A stretch of DNA of 63,058 nucleotides, counting the filler, from Folioceros fuciformis (lineage: Eukaryota): the NCBI GenBank assembly GCA_049999805.1. It is 6 parts of 6 records of this genome, joined end to end, with 100 filler letters (N's around TTAATTAATTAA, not from the genome) between each part and the next. Parts side by side here need not be neighbours in the genome. Positions count along the whole stretch, not along the records: positions 1 to 13,410 come from JBNGIO010005478.1; positions 13,511 to 23,529 come from JBNGIO010005479.1; 4 more parts are not named here. One strand, written 5' to 3'. The position numbers and the translations under genes were made by a program. Positions within the stretch are counted from its first letter, which is position 1, and each line of letters begins with the position of its first letter. Shown piece after piece: positions 10,218 through 23,301 of this stretch. The notes beneath the pieces are model-generated. The model saw only the letters and a program-made list of their open reading frames with translations. It did not search any database and was not told the origin of the DNA.

Positions 10218-13200
10218 TCAGTCAAGCTGGGGGATGACAGAGGTCTTACCATAGAAGGAGTCGGTACAGTTCCAGTTGTCCTTGCAGATAAGACAACTAT
10301 CCATCTTAGTGATGTGTTACATGTGCCTGACATGGCAAAGAATCTAGTGTCTATACGTAGGTTCACAGCTCAACATCCTCTTGACATCTCGTTCAGTAGA
10401 GATGAATGTCACATTACTGATCCACGGTTGGGAGACAAAGTAGTTGCAGTTGGTACCCCACTGCATGACCTGTACAAGGTCAACTTTACCTCCAAGTTTG
10501 GCACACGTCCTGCAAGAGCACATGTGCATGTCATGTCAGTCAAGAGGAGAAACAACAGCAGCAGGCCATGCTATGGCNNNNNNNNNNNNNNNNNNNNNNN
10601 NNNNNNNNNNNNNNNNNNNNNNNNNNNNNNNNNNNNNNNNNNNNNNNNNNNNNNNNNNNNNNNNNNNNNNNNNNNNNTGCCGCCTGGCTCATGTCAACTT
10701 TGACAAACTAAAAACTATGGTGGCCAGTAACAATTTGTATAGAGAAAAATTTATGCTCAAGTTTGCAGACAAGCAGTTCTGCGAATCATGTGTCTTCGGC
10801 AAACACAAGAGGCTACCCTATGCTGATAAGAATCCTACAAGAGCAACTAAGTTGCTGGAGCTCGTAAATACTGACCTATGTGGCCCCATGTCCACAGCCA
10901 CCTTTGGAGGTGCACTCTATATTCTGTCCTTTTTAGATGACTGGAGCCGCTATGTGGTAGTATACCTGCTCAAACACAAAAGCCAAGCCTTGAGCCGCTT
11001 CCAGGAGTACGTTCCCTATGCACAAAGACAAACAGGCCAACTAATTAAGTGCCTTCGCAGTGATGGAGGAGGTGAGTTCTGTTCAAATGCTTTTGAGGAA
11101 TACTGTAAGGACCTGGGGATAAGCAGACAATACACTGTACCTTACACATCTTCTCAAAACCCTCTTGCCGAGTTGAACAATAGACACCTTCAAGAAGCTG
11201 CTAAGTCTTTGCTTCAGTTTTCTGGTTTATCACGGGGTTACTGGGGTGAGGCAGTTGTAACAGCTGCATATGTCAGAAATAGGCTACCCACAAAAGCCTT
11301 TGAGGGTGCCACTCCATATCAGAGATGGACTAATCATAGACCAAGGATCAATCATCTGAGGATCTTCGGGTCGCCTGCGTATGCACACCTTGCAGAAAAA
11401 CAACGCAGGAAGTTAGATTACAAATCCCGTAAGTATGTGTTTATTGGTTACACAGAAGGAATTAAAGGGTATAAATTATATGACCCAGTGTCTAGAACCA
11501 CCACACATGCTAGGAGTGTAATCTTTAATGAGCAGCTGCTGTTACATCCACCTACAGCCAATGCACCTCAGCAGAACCCTACCTCAGACCAAGCTGATGA
11601 GCCTCATGACATCACCTTAGAAACTGGAACTATGTCTACATCTCAAACTTGTGCACAGCAGCAACAGATTAGAGTACCCCAGTCCTCTACACCATCATCC
11701 AGTCAGGCCCCACACCCATCTATGGATACTGACCTCTCAGATGATGATGACGAGCCAAGTGTGTTCCCTGACAATGATAGTGAAGGGGAGGAGCCAGTCT
11801 CCTTTGAATCTGTGCACAATGCAAGTGATGGTGAGGAAGATCAGCCACATACAGAAACAGCAGCAGCAGAAAGTGCACCTGAACCTGAACTTAGAAGGAG
11901 CAGCCGAGTGCATACCTCTTCTCCAGCTGAGTGGAAGGAGCCACCACTTACATACAAAAGCTTTCTAGTCCAAGAGGATGCTGATCCCATGGATGCAGGA
12001 GACCCTCAGTCCTACCAAGAGGCTCTAAATTCACCAGATAAAGAAAAATGGAAGGAGGCCATAGAGTCTGAGTATGAATCTATTATGGAAAAACAAAACG
12101 TGGGTTCTTGAGGATCTCCCTGCAGGAAGGAAGGCTGTGACATGCAAATGGGTCTTCAAGACCAAGTTGGGAGCGGATGGGTCCATAGCCCGATACAAAG
12201 CAAGACTTGTAGCACGTGGCTACAGTCAGGTAGAAGGGCTAGATTACACAGAAACTTTCTCTCCAGTGGTGAGGGCCACATCTGTCCGTGCATTGCTGGC
12301 CTTGGCTGCTCAAAATGATTTCCTGTTACAGCACATGGATGTTAAAACCGCATTCCTGAACGGAAAATTAGAAGAAACAATTTATATGAAGCAACCAGAG
12401 GGTTATGTGGATCCTAAACATCCACAGAAAGTCTGTAGACTTATTAAAACTATCTATGGACTGAAGCAGTCCCCAAGAGAGTGGTATAAACGTATTGATG
12501 CCTATCTCAAGCAATGTGGCTTTGCACAAAGCGAAGCGGATTCAAATGTTTATAAACTACATGACAAGGACGGTGTAGTATACCTGGCCCTGTACATTGA
12601 TGATGCGATCATCATGGCCAGTAGCCCAAAGCACATGGCAACAGTGAAAGGGTTTCTGACCTCTGAATTCTCTATGACAGATTTGGGCCAGCTAACATTC
12701 TTTCTTGGCATACAGATCCAGCAGAACCTTCCTGCACACACAATAGCCAATGGCATTCCTGCAAAGCCAGTGGCCACACCTATGGCTGTTGGAGATAAAC
12801 TGACTCTTGCACAATGTCCAAAGACCGAAAAAGAAAGGCAGAAGATGGAATCCATACCGTACAGACAGGCAGTGGGAGTTTGCATATATTTCAGGAACTG
12901 GACACGTCCAGAGCTGTCACATGCTGTTGGGGTTGCATCCCAATTCTTGTCAAACTATGGTTCTGCCCACTGGCACGCTGTACAGCGGATACTTAGATAT
13001 CTTGGTACCAAACCAAGATTAGGTATGCTATATGCTAAGAGACCAGAAAGACTGCTACTTACCTGCTACTGTGACGCTGACTGGGCAGCGGACACTGATA
13101 GCAGAAGATCTATCTCAGCACATTGCCTTATGCTAGGCAAAGATGAATACCAGTCAACAGTCATAGCCTGGCACTCAAAGAAGCAGCAAGTGGTAGCACT

Positions 13201-13336
13201 CTCCTCTACTGAGGCTGAGTACATAGCCACTACAACGGCTGCCCAAGATATCCTCCACTGCCGAGAGCTGTTGGCATCACTAGGGGAGACACAATCTGCC
13301 CCAACACCACTACTCAGCGATAACCAATCAGCCATC
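10218..13336 (+). pseudogene. Copia pol (protease C-term, integrase, RT, RNase H), frameshifted near 12090 with an internal RT deletion
   Basis: ORFs 10444-12111 and 12074-13342 overlap in different frames and carry integrase and RT/RNase H motifs. Confidence 0.92.
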
Positions 13337-13410
13337 TGTTAAGCATGATTAACGTTGATATTTATTAGTGCTAATCCAGCTTATTGAGTTTGTACTAATT
13401 AGTGGTAAGA
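13337..13410 (+). mobile_element. Start of a different LTR inserted into copia 2 RNase H
   Basis: Begins TGTTAAGCA; closely matches the reverse complement of the right end of solo LTR 28876-29267. Confidence 0.85.
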
Positions 13411-13510
13411 NNNNNNNNNNNNNNNNNNNNNNNNNNNNNNNNNNNNNNNNNNNNTTAATTAATTAANNNNNNNNNNNNNNNNNNNNNNNNNNNNNNNNNN
13501 NNNNNNNNNN
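13411..13510. other. Artificial contig linker
   Basis: 44N + TTAATTAATTAA (six-frame stop) + 44N. Confidence 0.97.
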
Positions 13511-15145
13511 CTTCTCCCGCACTCTCGCACCATAGCGAAGGTCCCGAGCCAGTCCTTCAACCTGCGAGGTTACTTCCACGAGAGGTTACCCCACTCGCTT
13601 AGCTAACTAACTAAGGGAGAAACAGAGCAGGCCAGGCACGCAACCTCGCGCACCTGAAAGCGCTTTTTCACGACGTCGAGTGGGTGGCACAACAATTTCG
13701 CCACAGTTCCTGCGGCTAGCCCGCAGCAAAAATGCTCCAGCGTCGATAGCTCAGCCGAGTCGCTCGCACCAGGCCTCTCTTTGTTCCGCTCCTGCAAAGA
13801 GGAGAAGGCACGGTTCAGGCAGGAAAATAAATTTTGCCTTTCTGGGCAAGGGGTGGGAGGGGACCGTACACCAAGGATGTCACAACTCACAGAGGTCCAG
13901 CGTTTTAAAATGTCATAAGCGCCGAATTGAATCCCAGCGTAGGGAACGATCTCCACTAACGACGGTGTCAAGCCCGCGTACAGGCCTGTCCATCCCTTTG
14001 CCCGAACAATGCTTCTAGAGGCAGACCTGAGATTAGGGTAAACCTGCACCAGACGGTGTTGTTATTAAAATTTGAACAATCCACTGCGGATTTCCTTCAC
14101 CCACCTGTGAAAACAGGGGAAGACAAATAGAACCCACTTTAGGCTCCCCTTGTGATGCTAGGATGGTGCGCAAAAGGTCAAATGGGTAGGAACCGATGGT
14201 GGCTGCACATCCAGCTAAAGATCCACCGGCAAACGACATGGCAGGGCCGAGCTTTGCGATCTCATCTGATGTCAAGACAGGGCAGGTTGTTAGAGAAGGG
14301 AGAGCCTGTCTGCCAGGACCACGGTTAGCACCAGAATCATGCCCAACTGGCCACGGGTGGAAAGCCAAGCCAAGCCAAGCTAAGTTCTGCATCTGCGGCT
14401 GAATCCCGAATGTAGCAGGATGTCCATTAAATCAGGGACAAATCTGAACCTCAAAAAACCTTGTCTCTGCTGCAACGAGAGGTTTCCAGAATGCTGCTGG
14501 AGAGGCCAACCTCCCTTGCTGGAGCCAGCAACAATGGCCTTAAAATTTTGCAAAACCACAAATTGAATTGCTGTGTACGGCATCACCAACATCAGAGCTG
14601 GCAAATTCCCCCTCCACAATCCCTGATCCATACACCACACGCGCATCAGACCAGAGCTCCCAACACATCTGCAAGAACGGGCAGGAGGGGGGACACCGGC
14701 ACGCACACGAATCCCTTCCTCCCGCACGATGTCCCGTGCAGCCTGGACGATGCCGGTGTACTTGGACACTCCAGAGAATCCAGCCGGTCCCCCGTGCCTC
14801 GTTGTGGGCTCGAGCTGGACCTGGACCGAGCACCCGACGGAAGTCAGTCCCAATTCCCAATCCCAACGCGCTCGCGCTCCCTCAGATCTCAATTGTTGGT
14901 GCCAGACTCACCTGGAATCGGATCTTGATCACGTCCAGGGGCGATACCACAGTCCGGGCAGCTGCCCCTGCCACGGCCCCCGCCACAGCATCCACGACCG
15001 CTCTTCGATACACGTGCCCGTACTGCTGCTGCTGTTGCACGTGGCCGGCGCTCTGCCCATCCGCTGCGCCATGGCCCATGCCCCCAGCTCCGCTTCCCAG
15101 CCTGCTTCCGCTGCGACTGCCATGTTCTACGATCATGGGCGCCAA
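13511..15145 (-). CDS. TPC: Mitochondrial thiamine diphosphate carrier (SLC25 family), 3' end cut by linker
   Basis: Exons 15145-14912, 14820-14707, 14622-14511, 14265-14138, 14043-13891, ~13791-13654 and ~13561-13511 with GT-AG introns. Three carrier signatures: [36 protein letters not shown]. Start Met uncertain. Confidence 0.9.
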
Positions 15146-15555
15146 ACCCTAGGACGCTCCCCTTCCAGGACCCACTCACCTGCCCGGCCCGGCTCTCGTC
15201 CTGCCCGAAAGTAACGAGGACGTCGAGGCCCTGGATTCCGGATTCCGGATTTCGGCACTGCGTCCAGGGTGTGATGTGAGGGTTTTCAATCGGGTAGTGA
15301 GGGACGGACCACGCTACCTGTGCTCGTCATTCAAATCGCACGCACGTTGGGTTGTTCGCCGGTGTGCCGTGCAGAGCGGATCAGTTGGCGTTGGAGCAGC
15401 TCTTTCTCCTGACGCGCGATATTTGTACATGCTGGGCAACAGTGAGTTCCGGTTGTGGCAGAATTCTATTGGAGTCAATTTCCTGCCATTTACCCAGTCG
15501 GCATTTGGAAAACAAGCTGCCAAATGCGGACTCGGCGTCGCAGGGTAGAAGCGAC

Positions 15556-18500
15556 ATGAATTTTCTGCTGCGGAATTCGCACCCCAGTGCTCAACCGACG
15601 GATCTCCCCGTAGACGTGGACAGGGACAACAGGCTTGCGGATGGGCTGAATGCCTGGCAAGTAGGATTGCCAGCGCTGTCGTCGGCTCCGGAGTCGTATG
15701 CGACGGCTGAGGAGAGCAAGGGTTCGACAGAGTTCGGGAGAACCAGGATGCGGATGGCTATTGAAGACCACGCAGATGTTCCCCTCACGGAAGGCTCCAT
15801 TCTGATTCCCTACAGTACGCTGGGTGACGCACTTGGGCCTGCTGAAGAGTTTTGGCTTGAGTGTTCCAGGGTTAGGCTTGAGTGATGTTGTGGTGCCATG
15901 GTGGGAATGTGTGTAGGGGATCTTCCGGAGAATTGGGATTCGGCTCCAGAGGTGGCAGCACTGTTTTTCTTGGATCGGGGGTTTCTGTTTCCTGGTGAGA
16001 GCTGTGTTAGGTGTTGTGGGGTTTCCAGGGAGCTGTGTTTCCGAGGCACTGGATTGGACTGACGAACTCTGGTGCAGGGGAGCAGCTGCATGTTCTGGTC
16101 CATGTGTCGTCTCGTGACCTAGCGGTCCCAGACATTATCACTCCGTTTAAGGTTGCGGAGGCCAACAGGAGAGCGTCGCAGAATGCTGGAAACGTCAACT
16201 CCAGTGCAGATGGGCAGACGTCCGACGCTGCAGGTGGGCCAGCTTGGAAGTTCGGTAAAGCTTGGAAAGAGAGGATCTCTGTGTCTTCCATGTTTAAACC
16301 CAAAGGCGGTCTACTTGACGGGAGGGGGTTCAACCTGTCTCGTGGAGGCGGAGTTATTGCTTTGCCCAGGGGTGCAAATGCCGCTAGCGGTGATCTTTTG
16401 GCGAGTGAGGGACACAAAAGACGCAGTGCCTTGCTGTTGAGCAGTTTCCAGAAGTCGCATTTTTTCGTCCAACTTTCTGCTTCGGATGAGCAGTCTTCAC
16501 AGCCGAATATTTCTGCGGAATCTGACTCGTCAGGGAATGAGGGGAATGGTGGCCGGAAGGCGTCTACTGCAGAGCTGCTGGGCTGTTATCCAGTCGTTAT
16601 TGAGGCAGGGATGTACAATCCTGTGACTGCCGGCGGGGTTGCACGGGCTGCAGTTGCCAGCAGTTCTCTGGCTGATGGAGGTGTTGCGGTAAGCAGCTGT
16701 GTTTTGTAGCCGTAAACCCGTTTGTCGCCTATTTGCTAATCCCGTGGACCTGAATGTGCTGAATTCAGATCCCATGACCGTATCTAGCTAATTGACATGT
16801 GGCAGAATGCAGGTGGTGCTCCGATTGACAGTAGCGACAGAGTTGTCTCGATCTGATGCAGTCCTTGAGGTCGTGCAATACGAAAAGCATGAATTTTCAG
16901 CTGCAACAGGCCCTGCTGGTCAACAAGGCAAACCTGTTTTCCCCCAGCAGGCCAGTAATCCTCTCTTGGATCCTACTCAAGGACTGCTTCAGTGGTTACT
17001 CCCACTTGATCGACCAGCATCCCCCCCGCCCCCTCCGCCACCTCCTCCTCCTCAGCCTCCCACCGTTGCCAATCCATCACCAACTAAACTCACATTTGCA
17101 AGCAATTCCAGCTCTACCTTGTTTTCCTTTCCCACTCTGCGGACCTCATCGACAACTTCACTGTCACCAGCTCTTCTACCACCTGTCTCCCCTTCCCCGT
17201 CGACAGTGGCTACTCCAATCTTTGGGCCTGAGGATTGGGATCGTTCAAGCAAAGAGAAGAGGAGCTTGAGGGGTCAAGATGTGGGGAGTGAGGGACTTCT
17301 GTCGTTTAGGGGTGCCACCCTTGAACCTCAACGCTTTTCTGCGCACTGTGGGCTACAGGGCCCACATGTCCCGGGAAAAAGGTGGAGGAGAAATGTTGCT
17401 GTTTTACAACCAGTATCTGTGAAGTCATATGCTGCTAACTGCAACTGCCAGGATCTCATTTGTGTGCTTGTGAAGGTTTGCATCAACCAAAACGTGTGCT
17501 CTCCTCTTTCATGTTCGGGACTAGTTTCGTACCGTTTGCTTAGGATGTGCTTCATGACGGAAGCTTGTGGGAAGATGTTTCCAGGATCTCGCTTACTACT
17601 TTCTCTCTTGCTTTCTGTAGAATATTTTGCCTGCAGATGGAGTCGCAGAAGGGGTCGTAATTTTTGTTGATTCGCTGAGCATCATATGCCAGTCAACTAC
17701 TCCTGGTAGCCCACCTCTACCTGTGCCCCTTGCATGTGTGGATGTTGGGGAAAACCATAGACTGCCGGGAGTTGCCCTAAGGTAGGGTGCCCTCGGTTTC
17801 ACTTCATTTTGGTGGCAGTTTGTCTGCCAGCAAGAGTGATTGTTTTTAAGTCAGCTTCTTGAGGTTTTGTTATGCAGAGCTGGGGAGCAGCATTCTTTCA
17901 TTCTGAGGCCAGCCACACCTTGGAAAGCTGCTGTGTCGGAAGGGAGCAAGCATAGTCCATCTGCCTCTGGTTCAGGTCGTGATTTGCAACTTAGACTGAC
18001 GTCAGGAAGCAAACAGCCTACAGACTGGGCTCTTGTGGACCCAAGTTCTGGTCAATATGCAGTAATCGTTTCGTGCCACTGTAGTCACACGGGTGAGCTT
18101 GTTTGTTGGTGGATCTTCGTATGTGCACTGCCAACCAGATCTTGCTTGTATGTTGGGCCTAATGAATGTGCGTATGTCCACAGAGTCTAGACTTTATTAC
18201 AAGCACCCTCTACAATGGCGACCCAGGCCTCAGAGAAATCTCTTGCTGTCCGTGTCTTTGGAGGAATCCTCTCTCGATCACAGTTCCAATGAAGCTCTAC
18301 CTCAGTTTACTCCACAGGTTTCCGCTGTTTAGTCAAAACCACCTGCCTTCATCGCTTCAGCTTTTACTCGTATACCAAGTAAGGAAGCATGACTGAGGTA
18401 CCGTCTGTGCTGTGCAGGTTGTGACAGTCCAGGCAACTAACCTGACTGGGAATGAGCTTGATCTTACCCTTCTTGCTCCCAGCTCCTTGGCATCCTCTCC

Positions 18501-19193
18501 TCTTTCTGTTCTTGCATTCCCAGCTTCCCCAGTTCCCTCCATTTTAGCCGACAAACGGTCATCAAGCTTTGGTGATAAGAAAGGAAGGTTGCCACCAAAG
18601 GCAGATACGAGGAGGGAAAAGGTTGATGCTCCTTCTCCATCTGCTGCCCAACTCTCTAACCTGCGGTCTATGTCCCTTCCGCCTGTGAGGAGGATGGAGA
18701 GCGTGATTGGAATAGCACCGACAGTCTTGAGGGAGAGTTCCATTTCTGCTGCAGATATAATGGCCGACAGTAATCCAGCAAGAACTCACCTATGGTTGCA
18801 AAGTGCAGTTCCCCTTGGGTACGATTGTGATTGTCCCGCATCCTGGAATGCATGTTCGTTCTGCTACTGGAAGGGCACGTGTTTATTGTTGGACGCAGGT
18901 CCGTAACAGAACCTGTTGGTGTCTGCAGGCGTATCCCAGCACATTCCACCACTGCTGTGAAATGTGAGCTGTTGCCTTTGACTGATGGCATCATAACTCT
19001 GGACACTCTTCACATCTCGACAAAGGAAAATGGTACATGTGCTCTCAACCTGTGCAGTTCAGGGTTCCTCGTTGCATGACTGCGGTGCATGTTAACATAC
19101 ATAGGCCCTCTCCTTGGTGCAGATGCCCTGTATATTCCCGAAAATCCACTCCAAATCCATGCGACCTCGGGCATCGCGAGTGGAGTGTCCTAA
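15556..19193 (+). CDS. TRIPP: TRAPP-interacting plant protein (At3g17900-like), multi-exon
   Basis: MNFLLR start, IPY|RDLPENW..LDRGFLFP|GEQL..IITPFKVAE, LLSFRG..LEPQRFSAHCGLQG, THLWLQSAVPLG, ELLPLTDGIITLDTL; short GT-AG introns. Confidence 0.85.
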
Positions 19194-19429
19194 ACTGAAT
19201 CTTTTGTTAGTGATTTCATGTCACGCTGATTTACTAAATTGATGTTTCTACGTCTTCGTTCGTCGCCGAGCATCTGCGACGATTCCTGCTGAGGATTTTG
19301 CTTAGTTCCTTTGGGGGTAGACGTAGTATCCTCCCAAGTAAAGATGGAGTTGCTTGATGTGCAACACGGACGAAATTTGGGTGTGCAGTAGATTGCAAGC
19401 TGTTGAGAGTCCTAGTAGTCTCACATGCA

Positions 19430-20639
19430 TCAATATCCAAGCCACGCCGGTGGGATGAGATCAAACTTGTGTTTGGCGCGAGTGAGGACATCGAAATAGT
19501 CCAGCTGCGTAAGGCAATCACGGAAGTCCGTGAAGAGACGCTCAAACAGTTTCCACTGCACAGCTTGTGATTTGGAATACGGGTGAGGCAGGAAGACCTG
19601 CAGGGCACCGCAATGCTGAATCAAGAGGAGCGTGGCTTAGAAATCCTCAGCTTGTAGCGTGTTGTGGTATCGGGGAAGGAGCAAGTTGTACGTACCTCCC
19701 ATTCTTGAGCAATACGCATAAGAAGCTTGAATGTGTGGTCACTTTCATCCAAATTATCTAGCACGGCGAGCCAGACTTTGGAGGCCAACTCATGGGCTAC
19801 GTCACCCGCCTTTCCGCATGCTAGAAACTGATCTGCATAATCAATGAAGAAGGTGAGCAGAGCGTGCGCCACTGAGAAGCACAGACGGAGCTGCCAAATC
19901 CAGCGTGCTTTAAGTACCTATTATGGTCCCGTGGAGCAAGGCGTACGATAACGGGGAAGGAGACGACTCAAGCTGCTCCTTGAGGAACAGGTACACGTGC
20001 CCTGTCACTTCATCCACCTCGTCGTCCGACCCTTGCAGCAGAAACATGCTCTTGCTCACATGCAGAGCCGTGTACTGCCTATCCGTCATAAAACCAATGG
20101 AAACAGCACAAATGAGCAAACTTCGTCCACAAGACAAGACCCGAAGATTCAAGACAAACCCCGAAAGGAAAGAGAGTCTGGCAGAAGTCACCGTTTAGTG
20201 GATCCCCTTCCGATGGGACCCGGCCATCTCTTTCCGCGGCCAGCCCGCGGCCATCGTCTTGCGAGCGCAACCTTCCACAATGCGTCGCCTTCAAACAGGC
20301 TGGCACATCGCTTTTGCACGCAAGCGACGGCAGGCCAATCCGCAGTGGACACGCGAACCAGCACCTGGGCAGGAAAGAATGGCAACATCAGCACGGCCAG
20401 AAATCCATGCCCGCACGCGCAACACCGCACGCTCTGATACACACGAATAGGCGCACCTCCGTGAGCAAATGGTCAGGGAGGCAGTCGAACAGATTTCTCC
20501 CGTCACCNNNNNNNNNNNNNNNNNNNNNNNNNNNNNNNNNNNNNNNNNNNNNNNNNNNNNNNNNNNNNNNNNNNNNNNNNNNNNNNNNNNNNNNNNNNNN
20601 NNNNNNNCCTCCCCCAACTTCAGGGCTCAAGTCCTCCAT
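19430..20639 (-). CDS. Conserved plant F-box protein (spans a 100-N gap)
   Basis: F-box LPDHLLTEV|LVRV..W..VACVQKR; conserved KRWPGPI, GHVYLFLKEQLE, LHGTII|DQF, FTDFRDC, AWLGY*; GT-AG introns. Confidence 0.85.
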
Positions 20640-21691
20640 CTCCGACCCTGCTCCTGCTCCTCTTCCGCTACCTCCCTCGCATACCCTCTCCGTTTTCACA
20701 ATTTCCTTTCCCCGCACGTCTCTCTTGCGTGCTGAACTCTCCCATGCTCCGTGAGCTGAGTGCCCACCCTCTAACCCTACCGTCGCAATGATCCCAGACC
20801 CTGCCGTTCCATCGCCGGGCTTCACATCCATCCTGACCCCGAGATCCTGTGTCTCCGGCAACAGAGCAAACACTTCCTGCGCCGCATCTGCCTTAGCCCG
20901 CACATGCGGCCTCATGGTCAGAGAGAGGGGAACCGAAGATCATGCTGCCAATTCTGGCCACTCAACGTCCACCACTCGAACTTGGTCCATCTGTGGCACG
21001 GCACGCACTGTCTATGCTTCCCGCATCTCGCTTTTCCAACTCAACTTCTGGCTTGCCATGTGTTCTCGAATCGGAATTTCTGCGACACACCCCCACAAAT
21101 TCCTCTGCTCCAGGTAGCATGGCAGGAGGTCTACTCATCCATTTCGTAAGCTACAAACCCAACCCTATGCCGTTCAGTTCAGTTCAGTTAGTGCGCATAC
21201 ATGGATCTCCCAGCACTGTCGGACAGCACAGTGTCATCCTGGATTAATCTAGTCCAAGATATTCAATGTCATGCATTCCTGCCTCCACCTGGACGTGCGG
21301 GAAATGGGCCCCGCCCGGTTCAGGCCGTCTAAACTGTGGAGGTGCCACCCACTGTGTCCTCGACAAGAGTCAAAGCCCCCTGCGTGCCAAACTCTCCCTC
21401 CCAGCGCCGCAAGCCCGTCGCAAATCCCCTGTGTACCTTCCTCTCTCGCCCTCTCAAGCTCACACCCAGACAACAAGCCGGGTCTGCACCCAATCCTTCA
21501 CCTGGTTGGCTAATTGGCATGGTATGTATAATATTCATTATTTTATTACAGAGTAATATGACTAGTACATACTTGTTGCGTGTGAAATATAGACTACGTT
21601 AATTCTATCTACACAACTTAATAACACATGAGAGCATCCTCTTCATCTTTGCCTCAACAACTCACACAAGACTTAGAAGTACTTGTATGCA

Positions 21692-23228
21692 TCAACTTCG
21701 TCGAGACCTTGCTGTACACGTTTTTTCAAACACAACCGCAACGCAGCTGCAAGTTTTACACACAACCAAATACCAGTTGAGAACAAGTTCATAAAAGCAT
21801 GTAGTATAGATAAACTGATGCACAAAGATGCATGTCCAGATGACAATGTTTAGTGCTTGTACCTTGAATGCTCTCAATCTCTTTCCCTAGTTTGTTTGAA
21901 GCAAACCCTTCCATAATAGTGTCCACCCTGCTTTGTATGAGGTAGGGGTCCTGGTCTCGAGCCAATTGCAACTCCGGTTGATGTATAAAAGAAGATACAA
22001 TACCTTGAGGTCGTTCCATATTGGAAAATCTCCTCGGAGGTGGCTGAGATGCATAGGCCATGTAGATTAATTCTCCTCTTGGTCCTAGAGGTGGCTGAGA
22101 TGCATAAGCCATGTAGCATAATTCTCCTCCTTGCCCCAAAGGTGGCTGAGATGCATAAGCCATGTAGCATGATGCTCCTCCTGGCCCCAAAGGTGGCTGG
22201 TTGCTTGATGCTCCTCNNNNNNNNNNAGGTGGCTGGTTGCTTGATGCTCCTCCTGGCCCCAAAGGTGGCTGGTAGCTTGATGCTCCTCCTGGCCCCAAAG
22301 GTGGCTGGTAGCTTGATACTCCTCCTGGCCCCAAAGGTGGCTGGTAGCTTGATGCTCCTCCTGGCTCCAAAGGCGGCTGAGATGCATACACCATGTAGCT
22401 TGATGCTCCTCCTGGCCTCAAAGGTGGCTGGTAGCTTGATGCTCCTCCTGGCCTCAAAGGTGGCTGGTAGCTTGATGCTCCTCCTAGCCCCAAAGGTGGC
22501 TGAGATGCATACGCCATGTAGCTTGATGCTCCTCTTGGCCCCAAAGGTGGCTGGTAGCTTGATGCTCCTCCTGGCCCCAAAGCTGGCTGAGATGCATACG
22601 CCATGTGGCTTGATGCTCCTCTTGGCCCCAAAGCTGGCTGAGGTGCATACGCCATGTGGCTTAATGCTGCTCCTGGCCCCAAAGGTGGCTGGTAGCTTGA
22701 TGCTCCTCCTAGCCCCAAAGGTGGCTGAGATGCATACGCCATGTGGCTTGATGCTCCTCCTGGCCCCGGAGGTGGCTGAGATGCATAAGCCATATGGCTG
22801 GATGCTCCTCCTGACCTCAAAGGTGGCTGAGATGCATAAGCCATGTGGCTGGATGCTCCTCCTAGCCCCAAAGGTGGCTGAGATGCATACGCCATGTGGC
22901 TTGATGCTCCTCCTGGCCCCGGAGGTGGCTGAGATGCATAATCCATATAGCTTGATGCTCCTCCTGGCCCCGGAGGTGGCTGAGATGCATAAGCCATGTA
23001 GCTTGATGCTCCTCCTGGCCCTGGAGGTGGCTGAGATGCATAAGCCATGTAGCTTGATTCTTCTCTTGGGAATCTCTGAAATGGTTGGTGCAAGGTATGT
23101 GCCATAGAAAGCCTATGACTTGGTTCTCCATGTGGAACCCTTGGAAGGGACGATTCCTTACTTGGTTCCTTACTTGGTTCTTTACTTGGAACCTTTGGAC
23201 AATCTGCTTTAAGACTTTGAGGCTTCAT
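21692..23228 (-). CDS. Low-complexity tandem-repeat protein (G/A/S/Y/Q/P-rich), putative
   Basis: 479-aa ORF built of 16-aa (GASSYMAYASQPPLGP) and 10-aa (GASSYQPPLG) units; a phase-1 intron 21862-21712 leads to a short last exon ARSRRS*. Confidence 0.45.
22038..23058. repeat. Compound minisatellite of 48-bp and 30-bp units
   Basis: Recurring GGTGGCTGAGATGCAT..CCATGT.GCTTGATGCTCCTCCTGGCCCCAAA and GGTGGCTGGTAGCTTGATGCTCCTCCTGGCCCCAAA. Confidence 0.95.
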
Positions 23229-23301
23229 TTCCTAGCTTGCTTTGAGCCTTGATGTCCTTGAGTTGAACAAAATTCCTATACCTTTTTATCTTTTATTCTG
23301 T

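Larger units (their letters stand above)
7602..13336 (+). mobile_element. Ty1/copia LTR retrotransposon 2 (3' part lost at a nested insertion and the contig end)
   Basis: Primer binding site TGGTATCAGAGC; gag with CNWCLIPGHWEAEC; protease FLDSGAS; integrase HxxxxH/CESC plus D-D-E; RT (MDVKTAFLNG, LYIDD); RNase H (CDADWA, SSTEAEY, SDNQSAI). Confidence 0.95.

Noticed and set aside
13511-15555. TPP riboswitch near the thiamine diphosphate carrier
   Set aside because: No CTGAGA / ACCTGA..GG.TAATGCC aptamer core seen, and the 3' region is cut off
22040-23107. 355-aa plus-strand ORF (LMLLLAPKVAG repeats)
   Set aside because: Antisense shadow of the triplet-length minisatellite; no unique flanks or splice support
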